Source: Nemertoderma westbladi (lineage: Eukaryota > Animalia > Xenacoelomorpha). From it: a DNA stretch of 40,479 nt. Within the stretch, counting starts at the first letter, position 1; each line of letters opens with the position of its first letter. Positions 1-12,085 of the stretch are shown piece after piece. The stretch is taken from positions 1 through 40,479 of the forward strand of contig JAUCBJ010000730.1 in NCBI GenBank assembly GCA_032718475.1. Reading direction: 5' to 3'. A model generated the notes under the pieces. The model did no database searches. It was not told the DNA's origin and worked only from the letters and a program-made list of their open reading frames with translations. A program made the position numbers and the translations under genes.

Positions 1-166
1 TGTCTGGCTGCAAACTTCGCAATATGGCTAACTAAAGCCAACTGTCCACATCCCTGTTCGGTTACGTCGTCCAATCGTTCCCTTCCACGCGTCGTCCGTC
101 GGTAAGAAATATTAACGGGATCTTCTTCTCGATGGTTCGGAGTCTGTCTAGTCTCCTGGTCTCTCC

Positions 167-1700
167 TTTTTTTTTTTTTTTTTCATTCATTAATTCTTTT
201 ATTCAGTAAAACTCATTATGCAACAAAACATATATGAGGCAGTTTGTACACGAGGTACCTACTGATAATTGACTGAATAAGTGTCACAGGGCGGCATGTA
301 TCTATGATGCATGTTTCTAACTAAATATACATATAAGCTAATGTATCTAATAATTCCCAACTAAACGGTAGTATATACACTACACAGCACAATAAACGTA
401 ATCAATAGGTAGGTAATTGTTAAAGATAGTTTGTTATTAAACATTCATTTGTTGGGGGTGCAGTTTTTTATATTTTGACTTTTGTGTTTATTTTGCGGTT
501 CGTGTTCATTTTATTATATATTACTAATTATGTCACCTCGCTCCGCTCAAATTTTACATGGAATATTTTTTTCAATTTATTTTTAAAAATTTGGAGTGAT
601 TTTGAACTTGTCACGTGAACCGGTAATGTGTTCCATAAATTAATAAGATTTACCGTAATACTTTCGTGCCCGTATCTGTTTTTTGTGTGTGGAATGTTTA
701 TGTTGTTAGTGCGTGGATTTATTTTTATGTCTGCTCGATTTAGGAATGGTAGGTCGAGAGTTGAGAACGGTTGTGTTATATTGTTAATGTATTTATATAG
801 AAATTGTAGTCCGACATATTCGCGTAAGGCTGACAGCAAAGGGATTTGTGCTTTCTTACGTAGTTCAGTGCCTGTGGTGTCTCTAATGCGTTTGCCATAT
901 ATTGTTCGGAGTGCATAATTTTGTAATTTTTCAATTTTATATAGTTTTTCCTTGTGCCCGTGCTTGCCATGTAGTGGTATAAGTAATTGTGAACAGTAGT
1001 TGTGGTATGGTAATGTGAGTGATTTATAGATTTGCAGTTTTGTTGTGTTTGTTAGCTGTCCTTTTATACTACGTAGGGTTGATATACTTAGTGCCATATT
1101 TTGAGTCATTTTATCTATTATATTCTTTCCATTGCAAAGCACCCCTAGTTTCTACTAACCAATCGGATTTTGTTTGACCCATGCTTACCCTTTGTTTCCG
1201 GTTATGTAAATAATTTTGTATGAGCGATGTTGCTGTGGTGTGAAACCCTATAGTTGATAGTCTATCTATTAAAAGTTGTCTATTTATGGAATTAAATGCC
1301 TTGCTGAGATCCAAAAAAAGGATCTTGGTGGTCGATGTTGTCTAGGTTGTTCCAACTCCACGCTGGTTCGTGATCGATCCGACGGTTTCGCTTCGAGTCG
1401 CTCTTCGAGTTGAGCTCGTCGGTCCGCCATCCCAGTGAACTGTTTGGCGCTAATTGCTTCCGCTGGTTGCAACAGGGGTTTCTGCAGGGGTGTTTCTTGT
1501 GGAGGATTGTCGATGTATGGGTTCGTCGATCTATGCTCCCGTTTGTAATCAGCCGCCGCTCCAGTACGGAATATTTCCCATTCCGTCGACTCCGTAGCGC
1601 TGGATGAATCGCTATCATCAGGATACGGCGGTTGGCGGGTTTGCGTTCAGTGTATTACTCTTGGTCGAGTTCGTTGTAGTCTGGGATCTACGGCTCTCCG
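167..1700 (-). mobile_element. Internally deleted non-LTR retrotransposon (CR1/L2 group) with 3' UTR and poly(A) tail
   Basis: Poly-T at 167-183 with a minus-strand AATAAA just upstream, followed by an AT-rich 3' UTR. RT C-terminal motifs in 528-1142 (IYKSL..PY..YCS, EKLQNYALRTI, LWNTLP..V..SKS...FKNKLK). RT motif DLSKAF...NYL.NRKQRV at 1142-1314. GC-richer 5'-like segment to ~1700 (boundary approximate). Confidence 0.8.
528..1320 (-). pseudogene. Reverse transcriptase remnant lacking the PQG-YADD catalytic core
   Basis: DLSKAFNSINRQLLIDRL...KSDWLVETRG jumps at ~1142, with a frame change, into the thumb/C-terminal region. No GVPQG, YADD or YLG motifs lie in between. Confidence 0.8.
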
Positions 1701-2869
1701 TTGTTCGGTAGGCTCCAATATATGTCATATATATGTGTCCAATATATTATGTCTCCAATATATGAATTACTGGTGGGGGATGGAATTCGTAGGGGTCGTA
1801 AAATGTATTTAGGCTTGTCTATAAACTATTCCCCCACCAATGACAAAATGTTAATAACGAAGTGTGTTAGTAATAACGCGAAATAGTGATAAGTTATCCT
1901 TCCTCGAGGTACCAAACAGTCATAAATTATTTCTTAAAAAAGCACAAATTTTAATCGCATGTCAGTGAGAATTTATTAAAACCTGTTGTTATTTACAGTA
2001 TTGTTATTTACAATTTAACATATTTTGTTTGCACAAGTTTCGATATTCAAACGGCTGAGATATCCAAATAGTGGCGCAAATTGACCATAAGTGAAAAAGG
2101 TATTGTTTATTGTTTTGGAACTTTGAAATTTAATTAAATTGTTTAAATCATCTAAACACATAGTTTGTGTTTGTGGTCACTTTGCGCCATTAACTATCTA
2201 TTTATTAACTATCACATTAACTATCTATAATAATTATCTATAACGAGACTTAAAATCGTCTAAAAACTACTCATTGTACAACTCATAATAAGAAATTACA
2301 CAAAAGTGAATTGTAGGTGAAAAGATTATCGAAGAACATTTGCAAATCCGAAAAAAATATAATTAATTAAATATTAATTAATACTAATTATATATTCCAT
2401 TGAATTCAGAACAGCCATAAACCTCTCAAACGCAAGAAATAAATTGTCACAAGCTATTTTATCTATTGAATGGATTTTCAAAATTTTGTGGTAACAAAAT
2501 CTGAACTTACACCTCGCAATACTAAGTGTTCGACATCGACACTGAAAGGTGTCATCTCTTCCACCAATGCTTCAATATTTACTTGAAGTAGAGGTTCCAG
2601 TGTTAGTTCCAGTTTTTCCCAAGCCCCCCATCAGATCTACCCCCTGCAACATTAATAATCCTTATCAAGTTAGTTGACCTGTACTTCCCCTTTCTCCTAA
2701 CCACAGGAATCCAATATGCTCCCTCACAAACAGGCATCTCCACTTTCTCAACCTCACCATTACTCTTTACACAGTCTGACACCAGAATATCATTCAGATC
2801 AGTAGGTTTAACAGTAGGGGTAACTGGGGATGTAACAGTGTGACAGTCGAAATGTGAGTATGTGTAAAA

Positions 2870-3270
2870 GCTTTTGCGGAATTAGCTGGTTATTTTTCCC
2901 GTAAAGTACTCTGTAGGTGTTTTAACGGACATAAAAGCCGTTTCCTTACTGTACCGGTGTTTTAGTGGACATAAAAGGCCATTCATTCTGTATGTGTACT
3001 TTAGCGGACATAATTAGCAATTCTATGACGCAAAAGCCGAAATACTCTTGAAACAGTGTAGTTACTATGACGACAGCTAATAGCTGAGCTGTACACGTGG
3101 AGCCTCTGCACGGAGCTTTGGTTCTTTGTTCTGCTCAGCTCAAATTACGACATCTATCAGCTGTGTCCACGTGGAGCTTTTTGCCAGGAGATTTGGTTCT
3201 TTGTTCGGCTCAGCCAGTTCGACCAATGAGAGATCTCCTCTTTGTGTAAAAGCTGTGCAGCAGCTCACAG
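2870..3270. repeat. Short degenerate direct repeats
   Basis: ttt(t)a(g/a)(c/t)ggacataa recurs at ~2920, ~2960 and ~3000. agctgt..cacgtggagc...tttggttctttgttc.gctcagc occurs twice (~3087, ~3158). Confidence 0.55.
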
Positions 3271-4459
3271 GGTTCAGTGTGTTGGTTTTTCCAGAGCCTA
3301 GAAACATCGGCCGTGGAATATATTTCTGAATTATTCCAACATTAGAACGTCTTTAATTATAAGATCACATGACGTGACGGTACGGGACAGCACAGCACCG
3401 GAGGACCGGTACGGTACGGTACCTACTGCTGTATTGCACATTATTTACTGCAATACCTCAGCGATACCAGTAGGAGTGATAGTGAGGAGGGTTGTGAAGT
3501 GGATACGGGAGATTGTGGTTTAAACAAGGGTGGGAGAGATGAGTTTCACATAGATGGTGAAAGTGAAAATTCTGATGACTGTCACCCGTTGCGTTCATAT
3601 GTGTTCCGTGGCTTTAACTTTAATAACTAAAATAATAATAGTCATACTGATTTGTAAAAACTGATTTGTAGATTGTAGTAATGTCTAATACTGGTCTACA
3701 TGTTGAGGTTCATGTTCAGATTCATGTAAAATATATGTTTAATATAATCTATTTAATTCGTATCTCTTTCACTATTCAAAATATAATTATAGGCGGGGGA
3801 TTATTATATATTTACCTAGAAATGTTAAGCATTACAGGCCGGACAAATCATTACAGGGCGGACTCGTTTTAAATGCCAAATAAATTTTTTCAACGGCGCA
3901 AAAGTGTTTGACCATGGTCCCCATGAAATTCCTGACATCAAGAGCTTTCAGAAAATATATGGGTTTACTACAGTATATTCTGGAGAAAAAATTTTTTAGA
4001 AAAATTTACACCCATTTTGGCCAATTTTGGTGAGAATGGGCCCATGGTATATTTGTTGTAAGTATTTAATATTCATTATGTTATTAGTTCTCAATGTAGT
4101 GATGAAATGTAGATGAAAGGTACTGTATGGAAGTTGTACATATTCCAATATTGATTATTATCAATATTTGTGAAGTTTCAACCAATATGAAAAGTTATGA
4201 ATTCAATCATGGAAATTAAAAGTAATTTTTATATGCTATTCTGTAAATGTATTGTATTTTGCAATATTTAACTTAATCGATGCATTTTTTTTAAATCGAA
4301 GTTTTTTTGAATTGAAGTTTACAAATGTTAGAACTGCAGTGATATTCTTTGATATAATAATCTTTAATAAATTTATGTAGCGTAGGTGTGTTGATTTATT
4401 ATGTATATTTGTAATATATAAAAGATTATCGAAAGTTTTGAAATTATTTGTTATTTTAA

Positions 4460-4967
4460 CTATAGGTCTTAATTCACAACTAGATAGCTGCTTTCCTATG
4501 GTACCACTGAAAGACATTGGACCTGTTGTTGCTCCTTCATCAACATGTACAAAATAAGCTCGCTGTGGAAGTTCAACAAGATGCAACTGGCAAATTATCC
4601 ATTATAAAGGACGTCCTAGTGAGATTTCCAGCCTCCTTATAATACCTGTATGAATTCCAACATTAACTGCAGTACCATCGGAACCAGCTCCAACAACCCT
4701 CTCTGCATCAAAGTAAGGCAGTATAAGATCGGCGATGGTAGCTGATTTTCCATCAGCTGGTGTGATGTGGTCGAGGTACTGTGAGCATGGTTGTTCAACT
4801 ATAGATGTATGTTCTTCAACTAAAATAGATTGTCTCTTGTTGATCATTGTTCGGGTTTTGTCCTTACGGCCATCAAAATAGATGGCTGTTATGTTTGGAT
4901 GTTTTGCAGCTGATATTTCCTCCATTACAAAGTTTTTGGCACGGCGAATGCGGAACCGATCCACTAC
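4460..4967 (-). pseudogene. hAT-superfamily (hATm-like) DDE transposase fragment
   Basis: VDRFRIRR...AIYFDGRKD...EEH...YLDHITP...GSDGTAVNVG...GIIRRLE..LGRPL*WIICQLHLVELP.R...DEG.TTGP.SFSG.IGK.L..CE. The 4602..5273 and 4236..4586 ORFs share a frame and are separated by one TAA at 4602-4604. Truncated at both ends. Confidence 0.75.
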
Positions 4968-5344
4968 ACCCTGACCCTGAGCGACGTTGAGTGGAACACC
5001 CTGACCCTGACCCGGGGCGACGTGGTGAGGAGCGTCCTGGTCGACATATTTTCTGCACACGAGCTCCCGATCGGTTGGCACTATTCTGATAATATGTACA
5101 CGGTCAGCCATCACCATCCCTTCCACGTTAGTGGCCGACTTCGCCCACCCGAACCCATTCCACCCACGATCTCCGTACCGGTCGAGCTCACCAATAACGT
5201 GGGCCCGGGCAGCGCCCCCTGGGATGCGATTCGTCTTTGCCTCATGATTATATAAAAGGTGTAATTGAAACATAAAAAAATTTGGTTATTCTTATCCCAT
5301 GCATTTTTACAAGTATTTTTGTTATTCTATAAATATTACAATTC

Positions 5345-5790
5345 AACACGAAGTGGGGCCTTCGCGCAGCACGAAGTTGGCGAAGCCTTAGCGAATTGAC
5401 ACTGTTAGGGGGTGGGTCAATTTATGCAAATAGTTGTCGTTGTCACGTTACGTCAGACATATCTGCCAAGTTTCAGCTTAAACGGATTAAAAGCAAAGAA
5501 ATGGGAGGGCATTTAATGTTTAGACATGTGGCCCTCTAGCGGGAGACCATTGCACTGATGGTGTCTGAAAGTCTATCAAAAATCTCAACTTTTGCTCATA
5601 TTGATACCTACAAATTTTCAACTTTGCAGCTTTAAATCCGACAAAGTTATTAGCATGTCAAAATCGTAACGACGACGACAACGACGACGACGACGACAAC
5701 GACGACGACGACAACTATTTGCATAAATTGACCCACCCCCTAACAGTGTCAATTCGCTAAGGCTCCGCCAACTTCGTGGCTCGCCCCACA
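5345..5790 (-). mobile_element. Short non-autonomous element, Helentron/DINE-1-like (or MITE), copy 1
   Basis: ~65-70 bp subterminal inverted repeats (~5369-5438 vs ~5712-5778), a (GAC)n microsatellite, asymmetric ends TGTGGGGCGAGCC...GCCCCACTTCGTGTT and no evident TSD. Near-identical inverted copy at 12086-12618. Sits in an intron of gene copy A. Confidence 0.75.
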
Positions 5791-6970
5791 TACTGTATGT
5801 AGTAATTCAATTAATTAATATAATTCAAAAGCTTGAGCTCTAATTTTTGCTATTAGTTTTTGTAATTATGATAACTTTTATCCAAAAACACATTAGGTTC
5901 TAAAATGTCAAACATGTGAGTGCCATATAGTTAGTTTTTTAGTTTATACTAATATGATTCAATACAGCAAATGTATTGTAGTTTTGTATTATATTATAAA
6001 TAATGTTAAATATTATTTATCTATAATAGTAAATAATATAATAATAATATAATATAATATCTTAATAACTATTTATTCACAAAGAGTGACCAATACATTC
6101 TATTTGTAAAGTAATATATTTTATCTAATAAACTTTAACATTAGAGCTCTTTAAAATCAATATAGGGAAGAATAGAAAAGATATATACTTTATATGTCTA
6201 GACTCTTTCATTACACTGAAAGTCAACTTGTTTTCCGTTACAATAGACAATGGTGCTTTACTTTACACATAAGGTACATTTCCTATTTATTTATTACTCA
6301 CTTCTAGGTGCGCTTTATCGAAGAATAATGAGGTAAAATCATTACTGCAGAAATAATGAGGGCGGATACGTCGTGACTCATTATCAAATACTTCCTCAAG
6401 CACGACATCATCGGCCTTAAGTACCCAAACGGGGTCCACTATTCGAAAACAGGGACACGGCCTACCGTAGTAGGTGCCCCTGCACACTGCCCCTCTGCAT
6501 CCTTGGACGATGTTGATTTGTAAATATAAAATATATTGTGTGAAAATATATTATAATATCTTCATAAAATACCTTTTAGGGTTAGCCACAAAATGACCAC
6601 TATAATAAATATATCAGATTGAAAAAATGAAAAAATATAGATTGCGTTCAATGTAGATTGCTTTTTCTCAAGAATATTTTGCAGCTACAGCAGTACAGCT
6701 TTCGTATTTAGTATTCTATATTACAAATTCAGAACATTGTTATATACATTTACAACATACTATTATTTTTAATTTTAGTAACTGTGTGTTGAGTTATGAC
6801 ATTAAAGAATAAACATGACAATACACTCACCCGTTGTAACTGCAATGATTCTAGTCGCATGTAAAAGCCTTTTGAGTTCCTCCGATGAGCTTATGAGGGA
6901 TGGAAGACTCGATACTGGGGTTATTGTCGGCGGGTCGTTCATCGGCTCCAACTTCGCGTCCGTGGTAATC

Positions 6971-7102
6971 ACCGGTAGATTAACAATCGTGTTTGTTTGG
7001 GGTATCACCGGTAGATTAACAATTGTGTTTGTTTGGGGTATCACCGGTAGATTAACAATCGTGTTTGTTTGGGGTATCACCGGTAGATTAACAATCGTGT
7101 TT
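6971..7102. repeat. 36-bp tandem repeat (~3.6 copies), in frame (NTIVNLPVIPQT)
   Basis: Unit accggtagattaacaatcgtgtttgtttggggtatc is read directly. Confidence 0.9.
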
Positions 7103-7754
7103 CCAGTGGTTGTTGGCTCTACTATCCGTATGAACGATCCGACGCCAATTCCAGCAGAGTGAAAATAGAACGCCGTAGTATGGGGATGCTCAGCCAACAT
7201 GGCAAATGTCTCGCCACTAATTAAATCTCTGAAAAAATTTCCAAAAATATTAATGTTAGTGCAGTAGTGTAAAAATAATTATAATTATTAGGGTACAAAT
7301 GTTAAATTGTGTTAATATATTTCAGTATTTATAAAATATTTTAATCTTTACAATTATAAAATATATGTTCAGCTACATTAAAACAATATATAATAAACAA
7401 TATATATGAAGCATGTCACATAATTGCAAATTTATAAACTTAATACGTAGGGGTTCTTCTTTGAGTATATTAAATTTAATTAATTTGACGGACATTAGTA
7501 ATTATAATTACGGAAGCATTTCCTATATTTTGTACGTAGTTTACATGTTAAATTAACTTACATTTGGAGGTGTAACTTGAAGAAGCAATCTATAGATCGG
7601 AACAACTTGAGAATAGCTGAATAGGTTGAACTGGGAGAATAGGTTGAATTAAAACTATTAAAAACAACCAGAAAAAAAAAACACTGAAAAATTAAACATA
7701 TGAGCGATTGTTACAAGTTTTTATAAAGTTGTAATGTGGACGTTATAGTTTACT

Positions 7755-7845
7755 CAACCAATGAGAATTGTCTCAGTCTTTAATGGTGACCGTTGATTGG
7801 ATGTTACCATTTAATAATGAGATCAGATAGTAAGACCCGCCCTCT
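7755..7845 (-). promoter_or_regulatory. Possible promoter (CCAAT boxes and GC box) upstream of gene copy A
   Basis: CCAAT at ~7758, ATTGG at ~7796 and CCGCCC at ~7836, upstream of a candidate 5' exon (~7683-7562, CAG/GTAAGT bounded). Confidence 0.3.
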
Positions 7846-7884
7846 GTTTTACATGGATGGTAGAGAACAGAAAAACAGTCTCTG

Positions 7885-8010
7885 CACTGAAAAAACAAAC
7901 TGGGGTTTTTCTTAAAAAAAACACCGGTTTTCAAAAAAAATCGCCGGTTAAAATGGTTGCAAAATAACTGGCGATTTTCTTCAAAAACCGGTGGTTTTTG
8001 GAAATAATGT
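7885..8010. mobile_element. Orphan CACTA/EnSpm-type terminus
   Basis: Starts CACTGAAAAAA and is followed by subterminal repeats in both orientations (aaactggggtttt, aacaccggtttt, aactggcgatttt, aaccggtggtttt). No matching right end found. Confidence 0.45.
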
Positions 8011-8171
8011 AAATGCCGTTTTTATATTAGTACAAATCGCCGATTGAGATAACTATGCAAGGAATTAAATATGCGATGAATGAACTATGCAATGACAATT
8101 TCCTAAAAATATGGGTTAATATAGATTTGGCATTATTATGTACCGGTATATCAAACATTTTTTGGATCAAA

Positions 8172-9136
8172 TGGAAGAACATTTTTTAAAAACATTCAGT
8201 CAGGGCGGCGTTGAGTGAGGTGAATTCGCCGCCCCTCCAAAGGACGCAGTCTACATACTGAACACGTAGTTACTGCGAAAATGGTGTCCCCCCCCCCCCC
8301 CCCCCCCCATTCGACCTATTTCCCGAGGTACGATTTTCTTGATTTTTTGAGGGGGGACGCATAATGCCAAAAAAATAAGATTCTTCAGAGCTTTTAGCGA
8401 ATCTATCGTTTTGACCGACATGACGGACAATTGTCTGGTTTTTTCGTCTTTTTTTCACTAGGACTCTTAAAAAACCTCTATTTGACGCATCCAGAGACAC
8501 CGAGAATCGAAAGAGGGGGTCTAAATTAGACGTTTCCACTTCTTGGAATACCCCGCCTCTGGGCTTGTTTTCCGTCTATTGTCCGTCAAAGTTGAAAAAA
8601 CGGACAAAATGACTTTGCGGGATCCGTAATAACTCGGCTACTATTTATCATACGCGAACGAAAGTAACACGGTTGCAACGATGACGAGTGGGTCTAACTT
8701 CGTATCGAATGGGGGTAAGAGATTTATTAAAATTTCGGGTGGAAAAAGGGGCCGTAAATTTGTACGTTTTTGTCCGTCTTTTTTCGAAATTTCATTTCCG
8801 AAATGTTTAATTTGACAACGCGGGTAGGATTCCACTAATTCTTTTTTGAAACTCGTAGAAGACCATTGGGGCTACGTTCCTATCGAGTGGGGGTACAACA
8901 AATATGACGACAATAGGGGCCAAAGAGGGCCAGAATATGAAAAATAGTTTTTATCGAATATTTGTTTCTTTTTCACTTTAGTTGGTTAAGGTACATTTTA
9001 TACGGTTAATATCGATACGGGGAATTCAAATATGCTATCGGTTTTGCTCCGCGGACGCTATTAAAAAAATGAGGGCCAAAAATAAAATTTCGCCCTTCAC
9101 ACTCGCTTCGCGGGAAATCGTCTAGCTCGAAAACTA
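8172..9136. mobile_element. Interspersed non-coding repeat, uninterrupted copy (possibly Helentron-type; may extend to ~12050)
   Basis: Highly similar to 13165-13468 plus 25176-25854. GC hairpin gggcggcg...cgccgccc at ~8202-8234 near its end. Confidence 0.75.
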
Positions 9137-10272
9137 CTTAACTTACGGCAGATTTGTTTACACAGACTTATAGTGCGTTAAATTATCTATCTAACAGCGT
9201 TAGTTACAGCGCATTAGCTTTTATACAACTGGTGCGGCAGACGATCGTGTTAAATAAAATATTTAAAAAAAGGGACGAAAAAAATTTTTTTTTAATAAAT
9301 CGCTACTCTATGATAATCTAGCGTATTGCGCCAAAAGTACATTTAAAATTTAGCAAATTACCTCCGCTATCTTTATTCTTAACATTTATAATTAAAATTA
9401 CGAATTTTAAAGGTCGAAAAATATCACGTAATTTTGGCGCCTTTTTTCATTTTTTTTGGGGCCAAAAATGACCCCCTCTCAAAAGATAGAAAAAAAAATT
9501 ACGGCAAAGAATATACCAATTTTATTGAATTTGGACCACCAGAACCGAAGTTAGAGCGATTTTAGTGAAAATATAAAAAAAAAATTTTTTACAAAAAATT
9601 AAGAATGGTCAATATTGGATTTCGTACCCGCGAACTTAGGTTTCATTAACGTGATTTATAACCACTAGATTATGTGACCAAGTGAATTTGAAATTTTCGA
9701 GTGACTATTTTAAAACATCAATACCTTTGGTTCTATTGTGCCGTTTGATCTGAAACTTTTTTCATTGGATAGAGGATAGATTTGTAGTGTGTGAAATAGG
9801 ATACAACTTGGGAAAAGACGCATGTGCACTTAGTGCAAAATTCACTTAAATAGTGCACATTTTGTCGATAATTCAAACAGTATTATTTCAAGTTCTATAC
9901 ATCCTAGAATGTTAGTTTCTGGGTTAAAATGTAGTTTGGGGTGATTTCTAACTATAATCTTAACATTTGTTTATCTTTTTATGTCTATAAAGTGACTTAA
10001 AATGTCCATGAATATGGTCCAAAATCGCAAATGTCGCGATTTATTAAATTGGATTTTTTACACTTTTAGCAACAGACACTTGATTATACACCATCGTAGA
10101 TCGGTAGAGGATAGACATAAGTGTGTTAAATAGGAACCACCTTTAGGATCCGCTAAAGTGCACTTGTGCAAATATGTGTGCAAATGTGCAATTTTTTTAA
10201 ATAAGGTCAAATTGTGTATTATTGGGTTCTTTTCATTGCAGATAGTTTATTTTCATATTAGTATGTTGTTTG

Positions 10273-11758
10273 TGTTGCCGTTATCCCGACACCAGGAGGG
10301 AAAAACGCCGATGCTGGAGACGTGACTTTACAGACCACGGAGTCCCGGCCAGTCACCGGATATTGATTGTGGAGAAGGAATAATTTCTGAGATGCAAGAT
10401 TGCGGTTGAGGAAAAGCTGCATTGGTTGGATATACTCTTTAATGTAAATTCCTACAGTTGAACCCTGATTGATAATTAATTGGGCTTCCCCAAATCAATA
10501 TACACCAAATATTCACAATAATTATACACGACAATATAAATCCCTACAGTATATTATTTAATTACCCACTGTTCGCTCAGATTTTAGCCTAACTAATGTT
10601 CCCCAGATTTTCCCTCGGTCCTAGTCTTAGTGCCGTAGTGTCGGTGTCGGTCGACCCTGTTGCGTGTCCGTTCCACCCCTCCCGAACCCCGAAGGGATCG
10701 ATCATCGAGAACCAGCACGGCTTGGATAAGGGTCGGTCCAGTCGGTAGACTCTGTCGCTTATCCGTCCCACCCCTCCCGAACCCCGAAGGGATCGATCAT
10801 CGAGAACCAGTACGGCTTGGCTAGGAGTCTGTCATGTCGGTGGACCCGTTCGCGTATCCGTCCCACCCCTCACAAACCCCTAAGGGTTCGATCATCAAGA
10901 ACCAGTATGGCTTGGCTAGGGGTCCGTTGGTTCATCGCAGAGACCCAACCACCTAGGCTTTCCGAGTCCTTATTCAGGCTCGTAGTCGCTTCGGCAGCCG
11001 AGAAACTGCTCCGAACAGTCGGTAGGCCAGTAGCGTCCATTGTCTTTCGACCCCGTCGCATGTCCGTCCCACCCCTCACGAACCCCAAAGGGATCGGTCA
11101 TCGAGAACCAGTACGGCTTAGCTAAGGGGTCTGTCGTCGGTTCCCATCGCAAATCCCTGGTACAAGCAGCCGGCGTTCCGATGTCCTTTTCAGGCTCGTA
11201 ATAACTGCTGTTGACCAGAGACCGCTAAGGGCAGTCCTCGTCAAACCCGTCCTCTGTTAGTCGGCCACCCTTTCGCATGTCCGTCCCACCCCTCACGAAC
11301 CCCGAAGGGATTGGTCATCGAGAACCAGTACGGCTTAGCTAAGGGGGCTGTCATTTCCCGTCGCGAATCCCTGGCACAAGCAGCAGACTTTCCGATGTCC
11401 TTTTCAGGCTCGTAATAACTGCTGTTGGCCAGGGGCCGCTAAGGGCAGTCCTTGTCCTTTAGGCCTGGCGCATGACCAAATCCACCTCTACAGGCAGCAG
11501 GAAGTTGGCCAGGGCCTAATAGTACTCAGGCTAACCTGAATACTGCTTAACTTTGCCTCCCACCCCTGGCCCTTATAAACATGAAATTATTCCCGTACCC
11601 TGTAAGTTGCCCCAATGTTCGCCCATAAATCGCCCCCAGTTCATAGAATGTGCCCAAAACCCATAGTCCCGCACCCAGTAGTGATATCGGAATAATCATT
11701 TTAAATAAATACAAAAAATATTCAACTCGCGTTATGAAAAGTTGAAATACCGCGAACA
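10273..11758 (-). mobile_element. Solo LTR (BEL/Pao- or Gypsy-like)
   Basis: TGTT...AACA termini with a perfect 5-bp TSD GTTTG (10268-10272 and 11759-11763). Minus-strand TATA-like site at ~11575 and ATTAAA at ~10440. No internal coding region. Confidence 0.8.
10655..11455. repeat. Tandem repeats inside the LTR (five ~65-bp cores; ~95 and ~210 bp periods)
   Basis: Core tccgtcccacccctcacgaaccccgaagggatcgatcatcgagaaccagtacggcttggctagg at ~10667, 10762, 10857, 11063 and 11280. Confidence 0.85.
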
Positions 11759-11993
11759 GTTTGGACTTTACTGAGCGCATTAGGGACATGTGTACAAATA
11801 ACCGGTACTTATAAGGGTTCGATTGGGTAAATTAATAAAACATAAGGTTGTAATATTCTAAAAAAACAGTGTGATCTTAAATGAATTTTAAACAATAAAT
11901 AGAGATCAGATAAACAAATGGACCACACAATTTATTAAAAAACTCGCATCTTTTCGGACTTATCGCTTCAATTGTATTCAACAGTGGATATTT

Positions 11994-12041
11994 GGGGGAA
12001 GTTAGATGAACTGCATTTATGCAGTGATTCTAACTTCCCCC
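11994..12041. other. 48-bp near-perfect hairpin, probable transposon terminus
   Basis: gggggaagttaga-tga-actgcat-tt-atgcagt-gat-tctaacttccccc. Confidence 0.6.
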
Positions 12042-12085
12042 TTCTTAATATAATATACCAAAGGCACATTCTTTGGAGGACCTGT

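Larger units (their letters stand above)
4968..7228 (-). pseudogene. Copy A of an uncharacterised multi-exon gene family (Cys-cluster protein; possible OB-fold plus zinc finger)
   Basis: Inferred exons are 7228-6831 (CAG acceptor, GTGAGT donor), 6517-6302 (GTGAGT donor) and 5264-~4968. Homologous to 29246-29981. A +1 frameshift at the T-run 6870-6873 is inferred from the alignment ELKGFYM vs ELAGFCL. Two acceptors read CAA rather than CAG. Confidence 0.6.

Noticed and set aside
628-918. Plus-strand ORFs opposite real coding remnants (also 5022-5255, 6815-7162, 20993-21241, 22202-22459)
   Set aside because: Antisense shadows of minus-strand coding sequence with no independent support.
8270-8835. 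Short ORFs repeated at 13244-13541 and 25357-25551
   Set aside because: Chance ORFs in a non-coding repeat. Frames differ between copies at homopolymers and no motifs are recognisable.
10655-11455. Hammerhead ribozyme/retrozyme in the LTR repeats
   Set aside because: No CUGAnGA...GAAA core was found on either strand by eye (minus strand reads CGAUGAU).
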